Origin: a virus
DNA: 64,000 nucleotides
IMG/VR virus record: IMGVR_UViG_3300012954_000007
Strand: one strand, 5' to 3'
Shown: one piece after another, positions 1-10,327 of the stretch
How the letters are laid out: each line of letters starts with the position of its first letter
How positions within the stretch are numbered: position 1 is the first letter of the stretch
Notes under the pieces: generated by a model
Seen by the model: the letters and a program-made list of their open reading frames with translations, nothing else
Databases searched by the model: none
What the model was told of the DNA's origin: nothing
Program-made: the position numbers and the translations under genes

Positions 1-1
1 A

Positions 2-2293
2 GATACTGGTGGTACGGGTGAAGGTGTAAATGGTGTTGGTTTGAATGAAACAGGGGTAATTGGTAGTAGTTCAGCAGTTGGTACCGCTGATGCAAATAAC
101 GATGGTCAACCAGATAATACCGATGCTGTATATTCAGCTCCTGCTGCGGGATGTAGATATGTTGTAATCGACGCAATAGAGTACGAAGACATACCCCAAC
201 CAGAACCAGAACCTGAACCAAAACCCCCAATAGAAAGAAAAAGAATTAGACCTATACAACAACAAGAACAACTTAATATAGAAAAAGATAAAAATACTAG
301 AAGAGAAATAGCAAATAAAGTGTTGATGAAAATGGTTACAGAATGTGATTATTTTGATATGATTCAAGAAGAAAATGAATTTATATACGATTCCTTAAAA
401 CAAAAATTTAAGTTTTTTCACCCAGCTTTTCATGCTATAACACCAGAAGGGTTAAATAGTAGACTTACTTTTTTAAATCAATGTGTTAGACCAGGAGCTA
501 CTATACCAACCGTAACTAAAGAAGGTTCTTTAAATAGAGCTGTTGACGCTAAAAATACTTCCTTTGGTGCTCCTCCGATATGTGTTCTAAGATTTGGTGA
601 TTTTTATAATACTAAAATTGCAATTGATAATGTTGCTTTTTCTTACGACGAAAATTTATTAGATTTAAATCCAGAAGGTATAGGTGTACAACCTATGATA
701 GCTAGTGTAACAATGAGTTTTAAATTTATTGGAGCTCAAGGATTAAAAGAACCAGTTAATCAATTACAAAATGCACTATCATTTAATTTCTTTGCTAATA
801 CTGAAATGTACGATGATAGAGCGGTATTAACTGTAACAGATGATGACCCAGATGAACAAGCTTGGATTGCTGAAAATTCAGACTTAATTAAAAATGTTGG
901 TTTAGAAAACCCTGAAGGTACAGCTGATGAAACAGATGAAAGAGATACATCCGCAAATGATGGAATAACTATTGGTGATAGAACTAATTCATATGGTGGA
1001 ACAACTGGACAAACGGGAACAATTAATTATAAAAATAATTGGAATGATTTAAGTAATGCAGCTTACGAATATATTACTAGTACTAACAACGATTTATTCA
1101 ATTATGTTAGAAATCAAAACTACGCTGGATTACAAATATTCTTTGACGAAAAAGAAATGTTTGAGGGTGAGTATACAGTCGCTACATCAACAGGACCGAC
1201 AGGTACTTTTGGAAATTTAATAGGTAAATCAAAAGGTTGGGAAATTAGATTAAAGAAACTAGAAGACGCGTATAAAGTTAAAATTGAAAATGGTACCACA
1301 TACATCCAGAGTTTAGCTATAGACCTAACACCAACCCAAGAAGACGATTTAAAAACATACTTGTTAGAACAACTAGACTATAATATTACAGATTATGAAA
1401 TTGAGTTTACTCAATTAGATTTAGATTTAAAAGCAAGTACTTTAAAATATGTAAAAAATATAAACTCTTTAAACATTATTAATAGTGGTTTTGACGGTTA
1501 TGGTGAAAACGGTAAATGGACAGTATTACAATTGTCTGGAGGTTCCGAAACGTATCCAGTAGCTAACGGTGTGACAGCACCAACAGATACACTAGAAGAA
1601 TTAGGCAACGACTACAATTACTTAACCAACCTAATAACGTGTTATAGTCAAATTTATAATGGAGACGATAATGGATTATCCGTAGGTAATGTCCTTAATG
1701 ACGTTATAAGTGCCAAACTTACTGGTCCTGGTAAATTTACAATAACAGCACCACCACTAGTTGGAGTAAGTAATGACTTTAACTCCCCATCAGCGTCAAA
1801 TTTAACCCCGTTTATTATGGAGTATTACTTATTTGGTATGGACTTAATGGACCAATCTGCAATAGACTCTTTAGTTACTACTAATATTCAACCACTAAAA
1901 GATAATAATAGAAATTATACTGGACCAGCACTTTTTATAGATGATATGGTTAATGTACTTTATCCTCCACCATTTACAGTCCCTAATTGGGTAAGTACTT
2001 TTAGAAATGAAGTATCTCAGTACATAGCACTTAATGAAGATTTTTATATGAGAAAATTATTAGACATTAAAGAAGAATTTGTAGATAAAATGACACCACA
2101 AGGCAAGAGTACATTATCACAGGGTCTAACTAACCTAGTGTACCCAACAAATCTAACCGATTTAAAAGATGATAAAAAACGTGAAATGACATACGAACAA
2201 GTCACAGACCAAACTATAGAGGCTGAACTAAGAAACTATGCTAGTAAAACAAATCAAGGTGCGGACAGTAGTTTTAATTTAAAATTTAATTAA
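2..2293 (+). CDS. Putative baseplate/tail-tube-initiator-like structural protein (5' truncated by window edge)
   Basis: Frame 2 is open from base 2, so the TTG at 41 is probably not the true start. The block FHPAFHAITPEGLNSRLTFLNQC...PPICVLRFGDFYNTKI...PMIASVTMSFKFIG resembles tube-fold baseplate proteins. Directly upstream of LysM and hub genes. Confidence 0.55.
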   Translation, partial: DTGGTGEGVNGVGLNETGVIGSSSAVGTADANNDGQPDNTDAVYSAPAAGCRYVVIDAIEYEDIPQPEPEPEPKPPIERKRIRPIQQQEQLNIEKDKNTRREIANKVLMKMVTECDYFDMIQEENEFIYDSLKQKFKFFHPAFHAITPEGLNSRLTFLNQCVRPGATIPTVTKEGSLNRAVDAKNTSFGAPPICVLRFGDFYNTKIAIDNVAFSYDENLLDLNPEGIGVQPMIASVTMSFKFIGAQGLKEPVNQLQNALSFNFFANTEMYDDRAVLTVTDDDPDEQAWIAENSDLIKNVGLENPEGTADETDERDTSANDGITIGDRTNSYGGTTGQTGTINYKNNWNDLSNAAYEYITSTNNDLFNYVRNQNYAGLQIFFDEKEMFEGEYTVATSTGPTGTFGNLIGKSKGWEIRLKKLEDAYKVKIENGTTYIQSLAIDLTPTQEDDLKTYLLEQLDYNITDYEIEFTQLDLDLKASTLKYVKNINSLNIINSGFDGYGENGKWTVLQLSGGSETYPVANGVTAPTDTLEELGNDYNYLTNLITCYSQIYNGDDNGLSVGNVLNDVISAKLTGPGKFTITAPPLVGVSNDFNSPSASNLTPFIMEYYLFGMDLMDQSAIDSLVTTNIQPLKDNNRNYTGPALFIDDMVNVLYPPPFTVPNWVSTFRNEVSQYIALNEDFYMRKLLDIKEEFVDKMTPQGKSTLSQGLTNLVYPTNLTDLKDDKKREMTYEQVTDQTIEAELRNYASKTNQGADSSFNLKFN

Positions 2294-2295
2294 TT

Positions 2296-2787
2296 ATGGC
2301 TAGATATTATAATAGATATGGAGACTTTAATATAAACGGTGAAAACCTCACGGTACCTTTTATTAAACTACCATCATTATCTTCAGATAAAAAAATAATT
2401 TATAAAGTTAATGCGTCAAGATTAGATAAGATTAGTCAACAATATTATGGTAGTCCCTACTTTGGCTGGTTAATTTTACAAGCAAATCCTCAAGTTGGAG
2501 GGTTAGAATGGAATATTAAAGACGGACAAGTATTGATTGTTCCGTTTCCTTTAGTAGCTTCTTTGCAAAATTATAAACAAGCAGTGGACGACTATTTCTT
2601 TTTCTATGGTAAAAATTTACCTATGAATACATATACAGTACCTAATATTACATCTACTCCAATAACTTATGTGGCACCTGTAAGTGACAATACAACTGGA
2701 ACCCAAGGAACCATAAATACTAGTCCTAATACGTCTAGTGGTGGAGGAACAAGTTCAGGTGGTGGTTCTTATTCGTCTTCTTATTAA
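2296..2787 (+). CDS. LysM-like baseplate protein (P2 gpX / T4 gp53-like)
   Basis: RLDKISQQYYGSPYFGWLILQANP...GQVLIVP is the LysM-type tail-X pattern. Followed by a Ser/Gly/Thr-rich tail. Confidence 0.75.
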   Translation: MARYYNRYGDFNINGENLTVPFIKLPSLSSDKKIIYKVNASRLDKISQQYYGSPYFGWLILQANPQVGGLEWNIKDGQVLIVPFPLVASLQNYKQAVDDYFFFYGKNLPMNTYTVPNITSTPITYVAPVSDNTTGTQGTINTSPNTSSGGGTSSGGGSYSSSY

Positions 2788-2801
2788 TTTAAAAGTTAAA
2801 C

Positions 2802-5800
2802 ATGGCAAATGAAATTAGTAACGGGGATAATATATTAGTAGAATTTTCCGAAAATAATATTTTATTGGTTGACCCTAGTAGGGTTTTTGAAGGAGGTAGA
2901 GTAAAAGATAGATTAGTTGACGCTGAAAATCTTGTTATATATGCTAGTCTAAAAGCTAGGGTAGTACCACGTAGTAAATTAATTGCGGGTGCCGGTGTAG
3001 ATAATCAAACACCAGAAGCTTTTGTTGATGTTTTTGAAGGTGAAATTAATTTTCTAAAACCAGAAGGTAAAGATTTTTACACTAGTGATTGGACTGACAC
3101 ACAAACAGGTAAAGGATTCGCTACAGCGGGAGGTGCATTAAATCAAAGAGTACAAAATACAATAACAGACCCTGTTACGGGACAAGTTAGTATTACTGAA
3201 GAAATTAAAAATAGACTAGATTCCGAAGGTTTTGGAATCAATAACATTTCTGTTACCTTAAATAGAGCGTTTACTCCCATAGTAAACATAACTTTTACAG
3301 ACGTTAGAGGACAAACACTTTTTGAACAAGGACCTAACTCACCATATGCAGCTTTTTTCCAATTACCTTATCCACTATTCAAGTTAAAATTAAAAGGGTA
3401 TTACGGTAAAGCGGTAGAATACCAGTTGATGTTAGAAAAATTTAATGCTAGTTTTGATTCTAGCAGTGGAAACTACAATGTAACATGTAATTTTAAAGGG
3501 AGAGTTACAGCTTTATTAGCTGATATAACTTTACAAGAAATGAGAGTAGCTCCTTACATGTTTGCTAAATCATATGAAATAGAAACTGGTGAAGACGAAA
3601 AATCTTCTTTTTTTAGTAGTAGAGGTAGACAAACTTTAAGTCAAGTATATGAAGCTTATAAAGCAAAAGGACTAGTTAATAACAGTTTACCTGATTTAAC
3701 TATTGATGATTTAATAGACCGAGTAACAGAATTAGAAACAGATATAGAAAAAAAACTTAAATCATATAATCTAAACGCTTTAGATGATATAGAAACTTAC
3801 GATAGGTATAGTACAGCTTATAGAAATAAAATATTAGCTTCTGGTGGTTGGAGAGCAGTATATATAGATACAGATATAAATTCCGTTACTGGGCCAACAG
3901 TGGATGAAAAAACTGACAAGGTTTATTATGTGTTTAAAAAAGTTTATAGAGATAATCCAGTTAAACGAAAAGAGGCATTTGAAAATCTTAGAAAAAAAAT
4001 AAAAGAAGGTAATGAAGGTTTACTTAGAAATAAAACATTTGGAGATGGTGGAGAACAGTCTATACCTGTAGATATTAAATTAGAAGATTTTGAAGTTGCA
4101 CCCCCATTTGGATTCGAAGAAACGACCAACAGTTGGTTTACTTTTGAGACCTTTGAAGAAAAAATAGGTAAAATAATTACCGTATTTAACACTAAAAGAA
4201 CAGAAATAGAAAAAAATTTAACAAACGTAGTAAACTCAGTTGTTATAGAATCATTAGGTTTTAACCCCACAGTTAGAAATATATTTGCAATTTTTATAGC
4301 ACACGCGGATACTTTTCTAAGATTAATGGATGAAACACATACTCAAGCTTTTGCAGTTAGAGAAGAAACTGACAGACTAAATGCTGTTAGAGGTCCAGGT
4401 AACCCTAGTAGTACTGATGAGATAGTTATGATATATCCTTGGCCACACTACTATATTCAAGAAACTGATGAAAACGGACCCCAATACGTTAGTACCTATC
4501 CAGGGTCTGTTAAGGTTTTAGGTGAGACAAAAGCCTACGATTCTACTCTTTGGCCAGAGGTAAACTTTGTAGAGGAATTTTTTAAAGCACAAGTAATAAG
4601 TAATTCTGATAGTAAACCAGAGTTTTCGGTAAACACAGTGGGTGGTAACTGGATACCCATAACCTCTTTTGAGTTAGGGGAGGAACAAGTTTACATTAAT
4701 AAATCTGTTGTACCATTTAATTATGAAATTTGGGACCGTTCTACAATATTTTCTTGTTTTTCGGGACTGTCAACCAGACTAAAAACAAACGTATCACAAA
4801 ACACTTTTTACGAATTATCCAAAATAGAAGCAGCTAACATAAAAGAATATCTAACTGGTTTATTAGATTTAAATGAATTACTTAAAAATCAAAATTTTAA
4901 TTACAATACGTATCTAGATTATTTACAACAAATTTCACCTTTAAATAATTATCCTCTTCTTATACGAGACCAATTTAACACACCATATGTGAGGGTAAAA
5001 GTAAACGACTCTAGGTTTACAGTAACACCATTTAACGAATTTAAAAATTTAACATACCAACTCAACGATGGGAAAATAGAAAGTTCCTTATCCACCCTGG
5101 ATTCAGTTTTAGCTTCTGGTAATGTAAAAGAAAATAATATAATAGAAACTTTCCCGTTTTCTCATTTTGTTACGGCAGCACCAGGTACATCATGGACTGT
5201 TAACAACTTAGCGGGAGGGGTACAAATATCAAGTTATCAAAGTCTTAATAGTATACAACAAAGTGTAAGTTACCAAGCAGACCAAAAAGTATTTGCTTCT
5301 ATAATTCCCGATAATACCACCTCATCAGTAATAGAAAACATACAATTTTATACAGATGCAGATTGGGCAGCTAAAACAGCAATAACAGATTTAGCTACAA
5401 AAATTGATACAAGATTTATTAATAATCAAAACACTAAAAATTCTTGGGAGGTATTTTTCGGCACTGTACAATTCCAACCAGGCACAACCTATGTATGTAA
5501 TCAAAATCTAGTAACTACTGAAGGTAATTTAAATTATGGTGAAGATTATGATGGTAAAATATCTTCTAAACAAATAACTTCTTTATTGAATACCCCATAT
5601 TTTATTAATAGTATGGTAGAGGGTGTAAGTAATGAAATTAATGGTGTGGATAACCCATATAAGTCAGCAGCTTACTTATTTTTAAATTCGTTACCATTAC
5701 CCACACTTAGAGAAAAAACCTTACTATCCAACCAATCTACATACAATATTTATGGTGACTATATAGGTAAAACACTAAATCAAGTCTCAGCTGTTCATCC

Positions 5801-8800
5801 ATTACCTAGTGCATGGATTTTAAAATACGGTTCTATATGGCACAGATATAAACAATTTACTGAAAACGGTACTGATTTTTTAACTAATGTCTGGAATAAT
5901 TTTGACGCCAACACTTATTTTAATAACTCTAATGGGTTAGGATATACATATGATTTAAATGTAGGTGGAAGTGGTGCTACATTAACAAGTTTTGGTGGAC
6001 AGTGGAACCCTAACCCAACAACAGACCAACTAAATCTAGGATTTTATCCAGAATTAAATAATTATATTTATTATTTTGTTACCGGAGAATTATTATATGA
6101 CGGTTTAAATATTAGTGGTTTCCCTATTACAGATAACCAGATAAATCAATTATTGATACAAGAGGCTTTATACCTTAAAAAGGCGGAAGAATTAACAATA
6201 ACTTCCTTATCTACCGACCCCATACAAACTAAGGCTAATCTTTGGTTTAATTATTATGACTTAACTAGAGAATCTTATCTAAGTGGATATACCACACAAC
6301 AATATCTTTTATTCCCTTGTGAAGGAGGTATGAAAAAATCACAACTTGAATTTGAAGTGGACACACCTTACAATTTAAGTAATAATACAAATGTAACTAA
6401 CGGAGCAGCAAGATTAGTTTGGGCTTTATCTAATTATGGATATTTTGAACACAACCAAAATACGTTCCCACAACCAGACCAGTACCTTAAAAAAATAATG
6501 TCAGACCAAGAAGAACAACTTTCTTTTGATATTGTTAATAATGAAGATTACACGTCTATAGAAGAATTATTCGACATTTTTAGTCCTGAAATATTAGACA
6601 CGTTTGAAGAATATTTTTTAAACTTTACTAAAAAATTCGAACCAGACCCTCCGATATTTTATGAAAAAGAAAATATCATGAGTTTAAATTTTCAAAAAAC
6701 CCTTAGAGAGTTTTTAAAAATAGACCAAAATAAAGTTAATCCCACACAAAGTAACACTCAATTAAGTTATAATTTAGGACAAACACAGTTAAATAAAATT
6801 AATGTTACTCTAAGAGATTTCTTATCTCACCAAACAGCTTTTAACTTTTATAACCCAAAAGACGTAAACATTAGAGTATTTAAAAGTATAGCACCAACTT
6901 CAGGGGCTACTACATCCATTTCTTTTGGTAATTATCAAGGGAATTTACCACCAGACATTTCTTTAAACGACTCTACCACGTTATACGTAGATGAATGGAA
7001 AGAATTAAGAAAACAAGTTGGTTTTTATACAGATTCTTTATCTTCAGCTTATACACTAAATTTACTTTACAATGATAGTGGAAATTATGTTACAGAATTT
7101 TTCCGTGAATTAAATATAGAATTTAATGTTCCTAATATAAAATTATTGAGAAAAATAATTAGAATGTATGTAACAGCTAGAATTGAAGCTGGAGCCACAC
7201 AAAATATAAATAATTTAGAATTCTTACAAAGAATAAAAAATGAAGTAATTGATTCTTGGGAGTTTGGCCAATTTGATTTCTTAAATCAATTGTTCATACA
7301 ACTTAAAAAAGTTCTTCCACAAACAGCGGAAACACAAATAGACGATTTTTCTCAAAAATCAACATATGAAACAGATGAAAATAAATTAGAACAATATCAG
7401 GTATTTAAAACCTTGAACGATAAATGGATTGGGGGTGAAGAATTTAGTAATAAATACTTATTTGAAGATTTTTTATTTTATGATGTAGCTAATAGAGATA
7501 TTGGAGACAAAGCAATAATAACCACAGACGCTATTAAAAACTTTGGTAGTGTTAATAACGCTAATAAAAGTTTATTAACTATAATAGGTTCTTTATTACA
7601 AGGGAATTATTTTAATTTTATGGGAATGCCAAGTTATATTAACTTTTATGGTATGACCTCACAAGGAGACACACCGATACCTAAATTAAGTACACAAGAA
7701 GAAGCTGATGCTATATTCGGTACCCATCTTGAGGTAAATACACTGGACTCTGGACCCAAGTTTTTATGTCAATATGTAGGACCACCATCTACACAATTAG
7801 GTGGTGAGTTTACTAAAAAAAGTAAATTCCAAAATGATTCATTTAAATTAGGTAGAACAATACAAAACCCTTTATTATCTAATGATTATGACCCACAAAA
7901 AAATAATAAAGTAGTGGCATTTGCGGTAGACTTTGGAATACAAAGTCAAGGGATTTTTAAGGGGATAAGTTTAGACCAGAGTCAATTTAAAAACACATCA
8001 GAGTCATTTGCTGTTACTGAGGCTATGGCACAATCGGCTAACGATAAGAGTATACTAACGCAAGGTTTAAGTTTGTTTAACATTTATAAAAGTCGTTCAT
8101 ACACTTGTAAAATAGAAGCTATGGGTAATGTATGTATACAACCCACAATGTATTTTGAATTACGTCACGTACCCATGTTTAGTGGTCCATACCTTATATT
8201 AGACGTAGAACACAGTATTCAACCCAATACTATGACAACTAGTTTTACTGGAGTTAGAGTACCGTTCCATAAGATGCCTGAAGTAAGCCAATTAGTAGCT
8301 AAAGTAAATCAAAGTTTTTTAAATAAAGTAAGGAAAAAAGTTAAACAGGAAAAACAAATTGCAAGACAAGGAGGATTTGAAGCTGAAAGTACAACAGAAA
8401 GTGAATCAGTAAAAACAGGAAATAATAACTTTAGGGGAAGAAATGATGGTAAATTAGATTATATTGTTATTCACGTTACTGCGGGTGTAGATTATGGACC
8501 TAACCCAGTAAGTAATATTAACCAACAACACATTAATCGTGGTTTTGCTGGTATTGGATATCACTACTTAATATCAAGAGGGACTGAAGGTAGTAAACCA
8601 GACGGAACATTATATGGAGGAAGACCATATAATAAAGTAGGTGCACACGTATTAGGACATAATAGTAGGTCATTAGGTATAAGTATGATAGCAAATTGTG
8701 CAAAAATGGGAACATACACATCTACACCCACATCTACTAATGAATACCCTACAGATAATCAAAAAAATACTTTAGAATGGACCTTACTTTATCTTTTATT

Positions 8801-9221
8801 TAAAAGTGGGTTATTTAAAATAGACTACCAAATTAGTGGTACACACAAACTAATAGTTAAAACTGGTTCAGAAGACGTAACTGTAAATGACCCAACCAAC
8901 ACCACTGACCCAAATAAAGGAGTTGTTCCTAATTTATGGAAAAATGTATTAAAAGGACATAACCAATTTTCAAACAAACGATGTCCGTGTTTTAGAGTAG
9001 AAAGAGCGTTAGAAGGAAGGTTTGGTGTTAATCTAAGAAAAAAATTAGCAATAGTAATAAATGAACTAGGTAGTCAAGGACCAATAAGTCAAACAACCGC
9101 ACAAGAAAAAATGTTAGAAATTATAGGTTTAGGTAAAAGAGGAAGTGGGAGTGGATACGTACCTAGCCCATGGGCAACATCTAAATCCCCATTCGGAGGA
9201 AGAGATTTAGCGGGTAACTAA
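2802..9221 (+). CDS. Large baseplate hub-like protein with C-terminal N-acetylmuramoyl-L-alanine amidase (Amidase_2, T7 lysozyme-like)
   Basis: Zn-amidase motifs YIVIHVTAG, GIGYHYLI, GAHVLGHN and KGHNQFSNKRCPCF at ~8460-8993. Preceded by the hub-like motif SYTCKIEAMGN..IQPTMYF...SGPYLILDVEHSI....MTTSFTGVR. Confidence 0.8.
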   Translation: MANEISNGDNILVEFSENNILLVDPSRVFEGGRVKDRLVDAENLVIYASLKARVVPRSKLIAGAGVDNQTPEAFVDVFEGEINFLKPEGKDFYTSDWTDTQTGKGFATAGGALNQRVQNTITDPVTGQVSITEEIKNRLDSEGFGINNISVTLNRAFTPIVNITFTDVRGQTLFEQGPNSPYAAFFQLPYPLFKLKLKGYYGKAVEYQLMLEKFNASFDSSSGNYNVTCNFKGRVTALLADITLQEMRVAPYMFAKSYEIETGEDEKSSFFSSRGRQTLSQVYEAYKAKGLVNNSLPDLTIDDLIDRVTELETDIEKKLKSYNLNALDDIETYDRYSTAYRNKILASGGWRAVYIDTDINSVTGPTVDEKTDKVYYVFKKVYRDNPVKRKEAFENLRKKIKEGNEGLLRNKTFGDGGEQSIPVDIKLEDFEVAPPFGFEETTNSWFTFETFEEKIGKIITVFNTKRTEIEKNLTNVVNSVVIESLGFNPTVRNIFAIFIAHADTFLRLMDETHTQAFAVREETDRLNAVRGPGNPSSTDEIVMIYPWPHYYIQETDENGPQYVSTYPGSVKVLGETKAYDSTLWPEVNFVEEFFKAQVISNSDSKPEFSVNTVGGNWIPITSFELGEEQVYINKSVVPFNYEIWDRSTIFSCFSGLSTRLKTNVSQNTFYELSKIEAANIKEYLTGLLDLNELLKNQNFNYNTYLDYLQQISPLNNYPLLIRDQFNTPYVRVKVNDSRFTVTPFNEFKNLTYQLNDGKIESSLSTLDSVLASGNVKENNIIETFPFSHFVTAAPGTSWTVNNLAGGVQISSYQSLNSIQQSVSYQADQKVFASIIPDNTTSSVIENIQFYTDADWAAKTAITDLATKIDTRFINNQNTKNSWEVFFGTVQFQPGTTYVCNQNLVTTEGNLNYGEDYDGKISSKQITSLLNTPYFINSMVEGVSNEINGVDNPYKSAAYLFLNSLPLPTLREKTLLSNQSTYNIYGDYIGKTLNQVSAVHPLPSAWILKYGSIWHRYKQFTENGTDFLTNVWNNFDANTYFNNSNGLGYTYDLNVGGSGATLTSFGGQWNPNPTTDQLNLGFYPELNNYIYYFVTGELLYDGLNISGFPITDNQINQLLIQEALYLKKAEELTITSLSTDPIQTKANLWFNYYDLTRESYLSGYTTQQYLLFPCEGGMKKSQLEFEVDTPYNLSNNTNVTNGAARLVWALSNYGYFEHNQNTFPQPDQYLKKIMSDQEEQLSFDIVNNEDYTSIEELFDIFSPEILDTFEEYFLNFTKKFEPDPPIFYEKENIMSLNFQKTLREFLKIDQNKVNPTQSNTQLSYNLGQTQLNKINVTLRDFLSHQTAFNFYNPKDVNIRVFKSIAPTSGATTSISFGNYQGNLPPDISLNDSTTLYVDEWKELRKQVGFYTDSLSSAYTLNLLYNDSGNYVTEFFRELNIEFNVPNIKLLRKIIRMYVTARIEAGATQNINNLEFLQRIKNEVIDSWEFGQFDFLNQLFIQLKKVLPQTAETQIDDFSQKSTYETDENKLEQYQVFKTLNDKWIGGEEFSNKYLFEDFLFYDVANRDIGDKAIITTDAIKNFGSVNNANKSLLTIIGSLLQGNYFNFMGMPSYINFYGMTSQGDTPIPKLSTQEEADAIFGTHLEVNTLDSGPKFLCQYVGPPSTQLGGEFTKKSKFQNDSFKLGRTIQNPLLSNDYDPQKNNKVVAFAVDFGIQSQGIFKGISLDQSQFKNTSESFAVTEAMAQSANDKSILTQGLSLFNIYKSRSYTCKIEAMGNVCIQPTMYFELRHVPMFSGPYLILDVEHSIQPNTMTTSFTGVRVPFHKMPEVSQLVAKVNQSFLNKVRKKVKQEKQIARQGGFEAESTTESESVKTGNNNFRGRNDGKLDYIVIHVTAGVDYGPNPVSNINQQHINRGFAGIGYHYLISRGTEGSKPDGTLYGGRPYNKVGAHVLGHNSRSLGISMIANCAKMGTYTSTPTSTNEYPTDNQKNTLEWTLLYLLFKSGLFKIDYQISGTHKLIVKTGSEDVTVNDPTNTTDPNKGVVPNLWKNVLKGHNQFSNKRCPCFRVERALEGRFGVNLRKKLAIVINELGSQGPISQTTAQEKMLEIIGLGKRGSGSGYVPSPWATSKSPFGGRDLAGN

Positions 9222-9245
9222 ATTAGAGATTTACTGACCTTGTAA

Positions 9246-9253
9246 TATTTATA
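9246..9253 (+). promoter_or_regulatory. TATTTATA motif, putative phage late promoter
   Basis: 17 nt upstream of ATG 9271. The same motif recurs in most intergenic gaps. Confidence 0.55.
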
Positions 9254-9270
9254 TATAAAATAACATTATT

Positions 9271-9477
9271 ATGAAAAATATAGAAAAAAATTTAGACAAC
9301 TTTCTAGGTAACAAAAGTCAAACCAACAAAAACGTAAAAGTAGAGGAGGAAGGATTTGAAGAAGTTTGTGACAGAGAAACTGGAGAATGTAAAACCATCA
9401 AGTCAAAAGATGGACTTATTGAAAGAGTTAATAAAAGAGTAATCACTGAAGACGGTAGAAGTCTTTTAATGGGGTAA
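9271..9477 (+). CDS. Small hypothetical protein
   Basis: 68-aa ORF with an A-rich leader and an upstream TATTTATA. Contains CDRETGEC. Confidence 0.75.
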   Translation: MKNIEKNLDNFLGNKSQTNKNVKVEEEGFEEVCDRETGECKTIKSKDGLIERVNKRVITEDGRSLLMG

Positions 9478-9489
9478 AAAAAAATTAAA

Positions 9490-10215
9490 ATGAGTCGTAG
9501 AAAACAAATTGAAAATATTTTATCTGAAGAGTTAAATAGATTTAATCAGATAGGTGGGTATGTAGAAAACTTACACGAACAATTTTTAGGTTTTGCTGGA
9601 AATACGAGAGCTGAATTAGGTGAACAAGAAGGTGAAGATGAATTAGGTTTGGAAGATACTGCTACTGATGACACCGCTACTGATGATACTGCTACTGATG
9701 ATTTAGGTATTGATGACACCGCTACTGATGAGGTTGGTACGGATGATTCACTAGAAGACGATTTAGGTGGAGACATCGAAGATACAACAGGAGAAAGTGG
9801 TACGGAAGAGATTGATGTCACTGACATAGTAACTATGACTAAAGAAACTGGTGAAAAAGCAGAAGAATTAGAAGGTACTATTGGTAAACAAAAAGATAGT
9901 ATAGATTCTCTAATATCTAAACTAGATGACTTGGAAGGAAAGCTAAATAGCATGGATAAAGTAATGGCATCTATTAATCATCTAGAAGATAAAATAGAGG
10001 AATATAGACCCCAAACACCTGAAGAAAAATTAGAACTTCGTTATTTGGATAGTGGACCTTTTAATCAGTCCCCTAAAAAATATTGGGAAGGCAAAAAGGG
10101 AGAACTTAAAAAACAAAAAGACAAACACGAATATGTTTTAACTGCCGATGATATAGAAAATGTTAACGACAATGATGTTAAAAATAGTTGGGTCTACAGT
10201 CCAGAAGACGAATAA
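9490..10215 (+). CDS. Acidic coiled-coil protein (possible head scaffold/internal protein)
   Basis: Very D/E-rich with DTATD repeats and a heptad-like region. N-terminal ILSEELNRFNQ motif. Followed by a terminator. Confidence 0.6.
   Translation: MSRRKQIENILSEELNRFNQIGGYVENLHEQFLGFAGNTRAELGEQEGEDELGLEDTATDDTATDDTATDDLGIDDTATDEVGTDDSLEDDLGGDIEDTTGESGTEEIDVTDIVTMTKETGEKAEELEGTIGKQKDSIDSLISKLDDLEGKLNSMDKVMASINHLEDKIEEYRPQTPEEKLELRYLDSGPFNQSPKKYWEGKKGELKKQKDKHEYVLTADDIENVNDNDVKNSWVYSPEDE
9655..9729 (+). repeat. 15-bp coding tandem repeat (GAYACYGCTACTGAT, DTATD)
   Basis: Units at 9655, 9670, 9685 and 9715, with one divergent 15-mer at 9700. Confidence 0.9.
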
Positions 10216-10243
10216 AATTAATTATAGATTATTAAATAAATTT

Positions 10244-10272
10244 AGGGGAAGGTCATTGACTTCCCCTTTTTT
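10244..10272 (+). terminator. Intrinsic terminator
   Basis: AGGGGAAG-gtcattga-CTTCCCCT hairpin followed by a T run, downstream of ORF 9490-10215. Confidence 0.85.
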
Positions 10273-10284
10273 ATGTGTTATATT
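10256..10284 (+). promoter_or_regulatory. Sigma70-like promoter for the ssb-uvsX replication block
   Basis: TTGACT (10256-61), 17-nt spacer, TATATT (10279-84) with an extended TG. Overlaps the terminator hairpin. Confidence 0.6.
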
Positions 10285-10327
10285 TTCCCATATAAACATT
10301 TTAATTAATTAAAAAAAGAAATAACAA

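Noticed and set aside
9546-9953. Ser-rich antisense ORF, representative of many antisense calls (e.g. 57117-57554, 58343-58867)
   Set aside because: These are antisense shadows of strongly supported plus-strand genes with biased codon usage.
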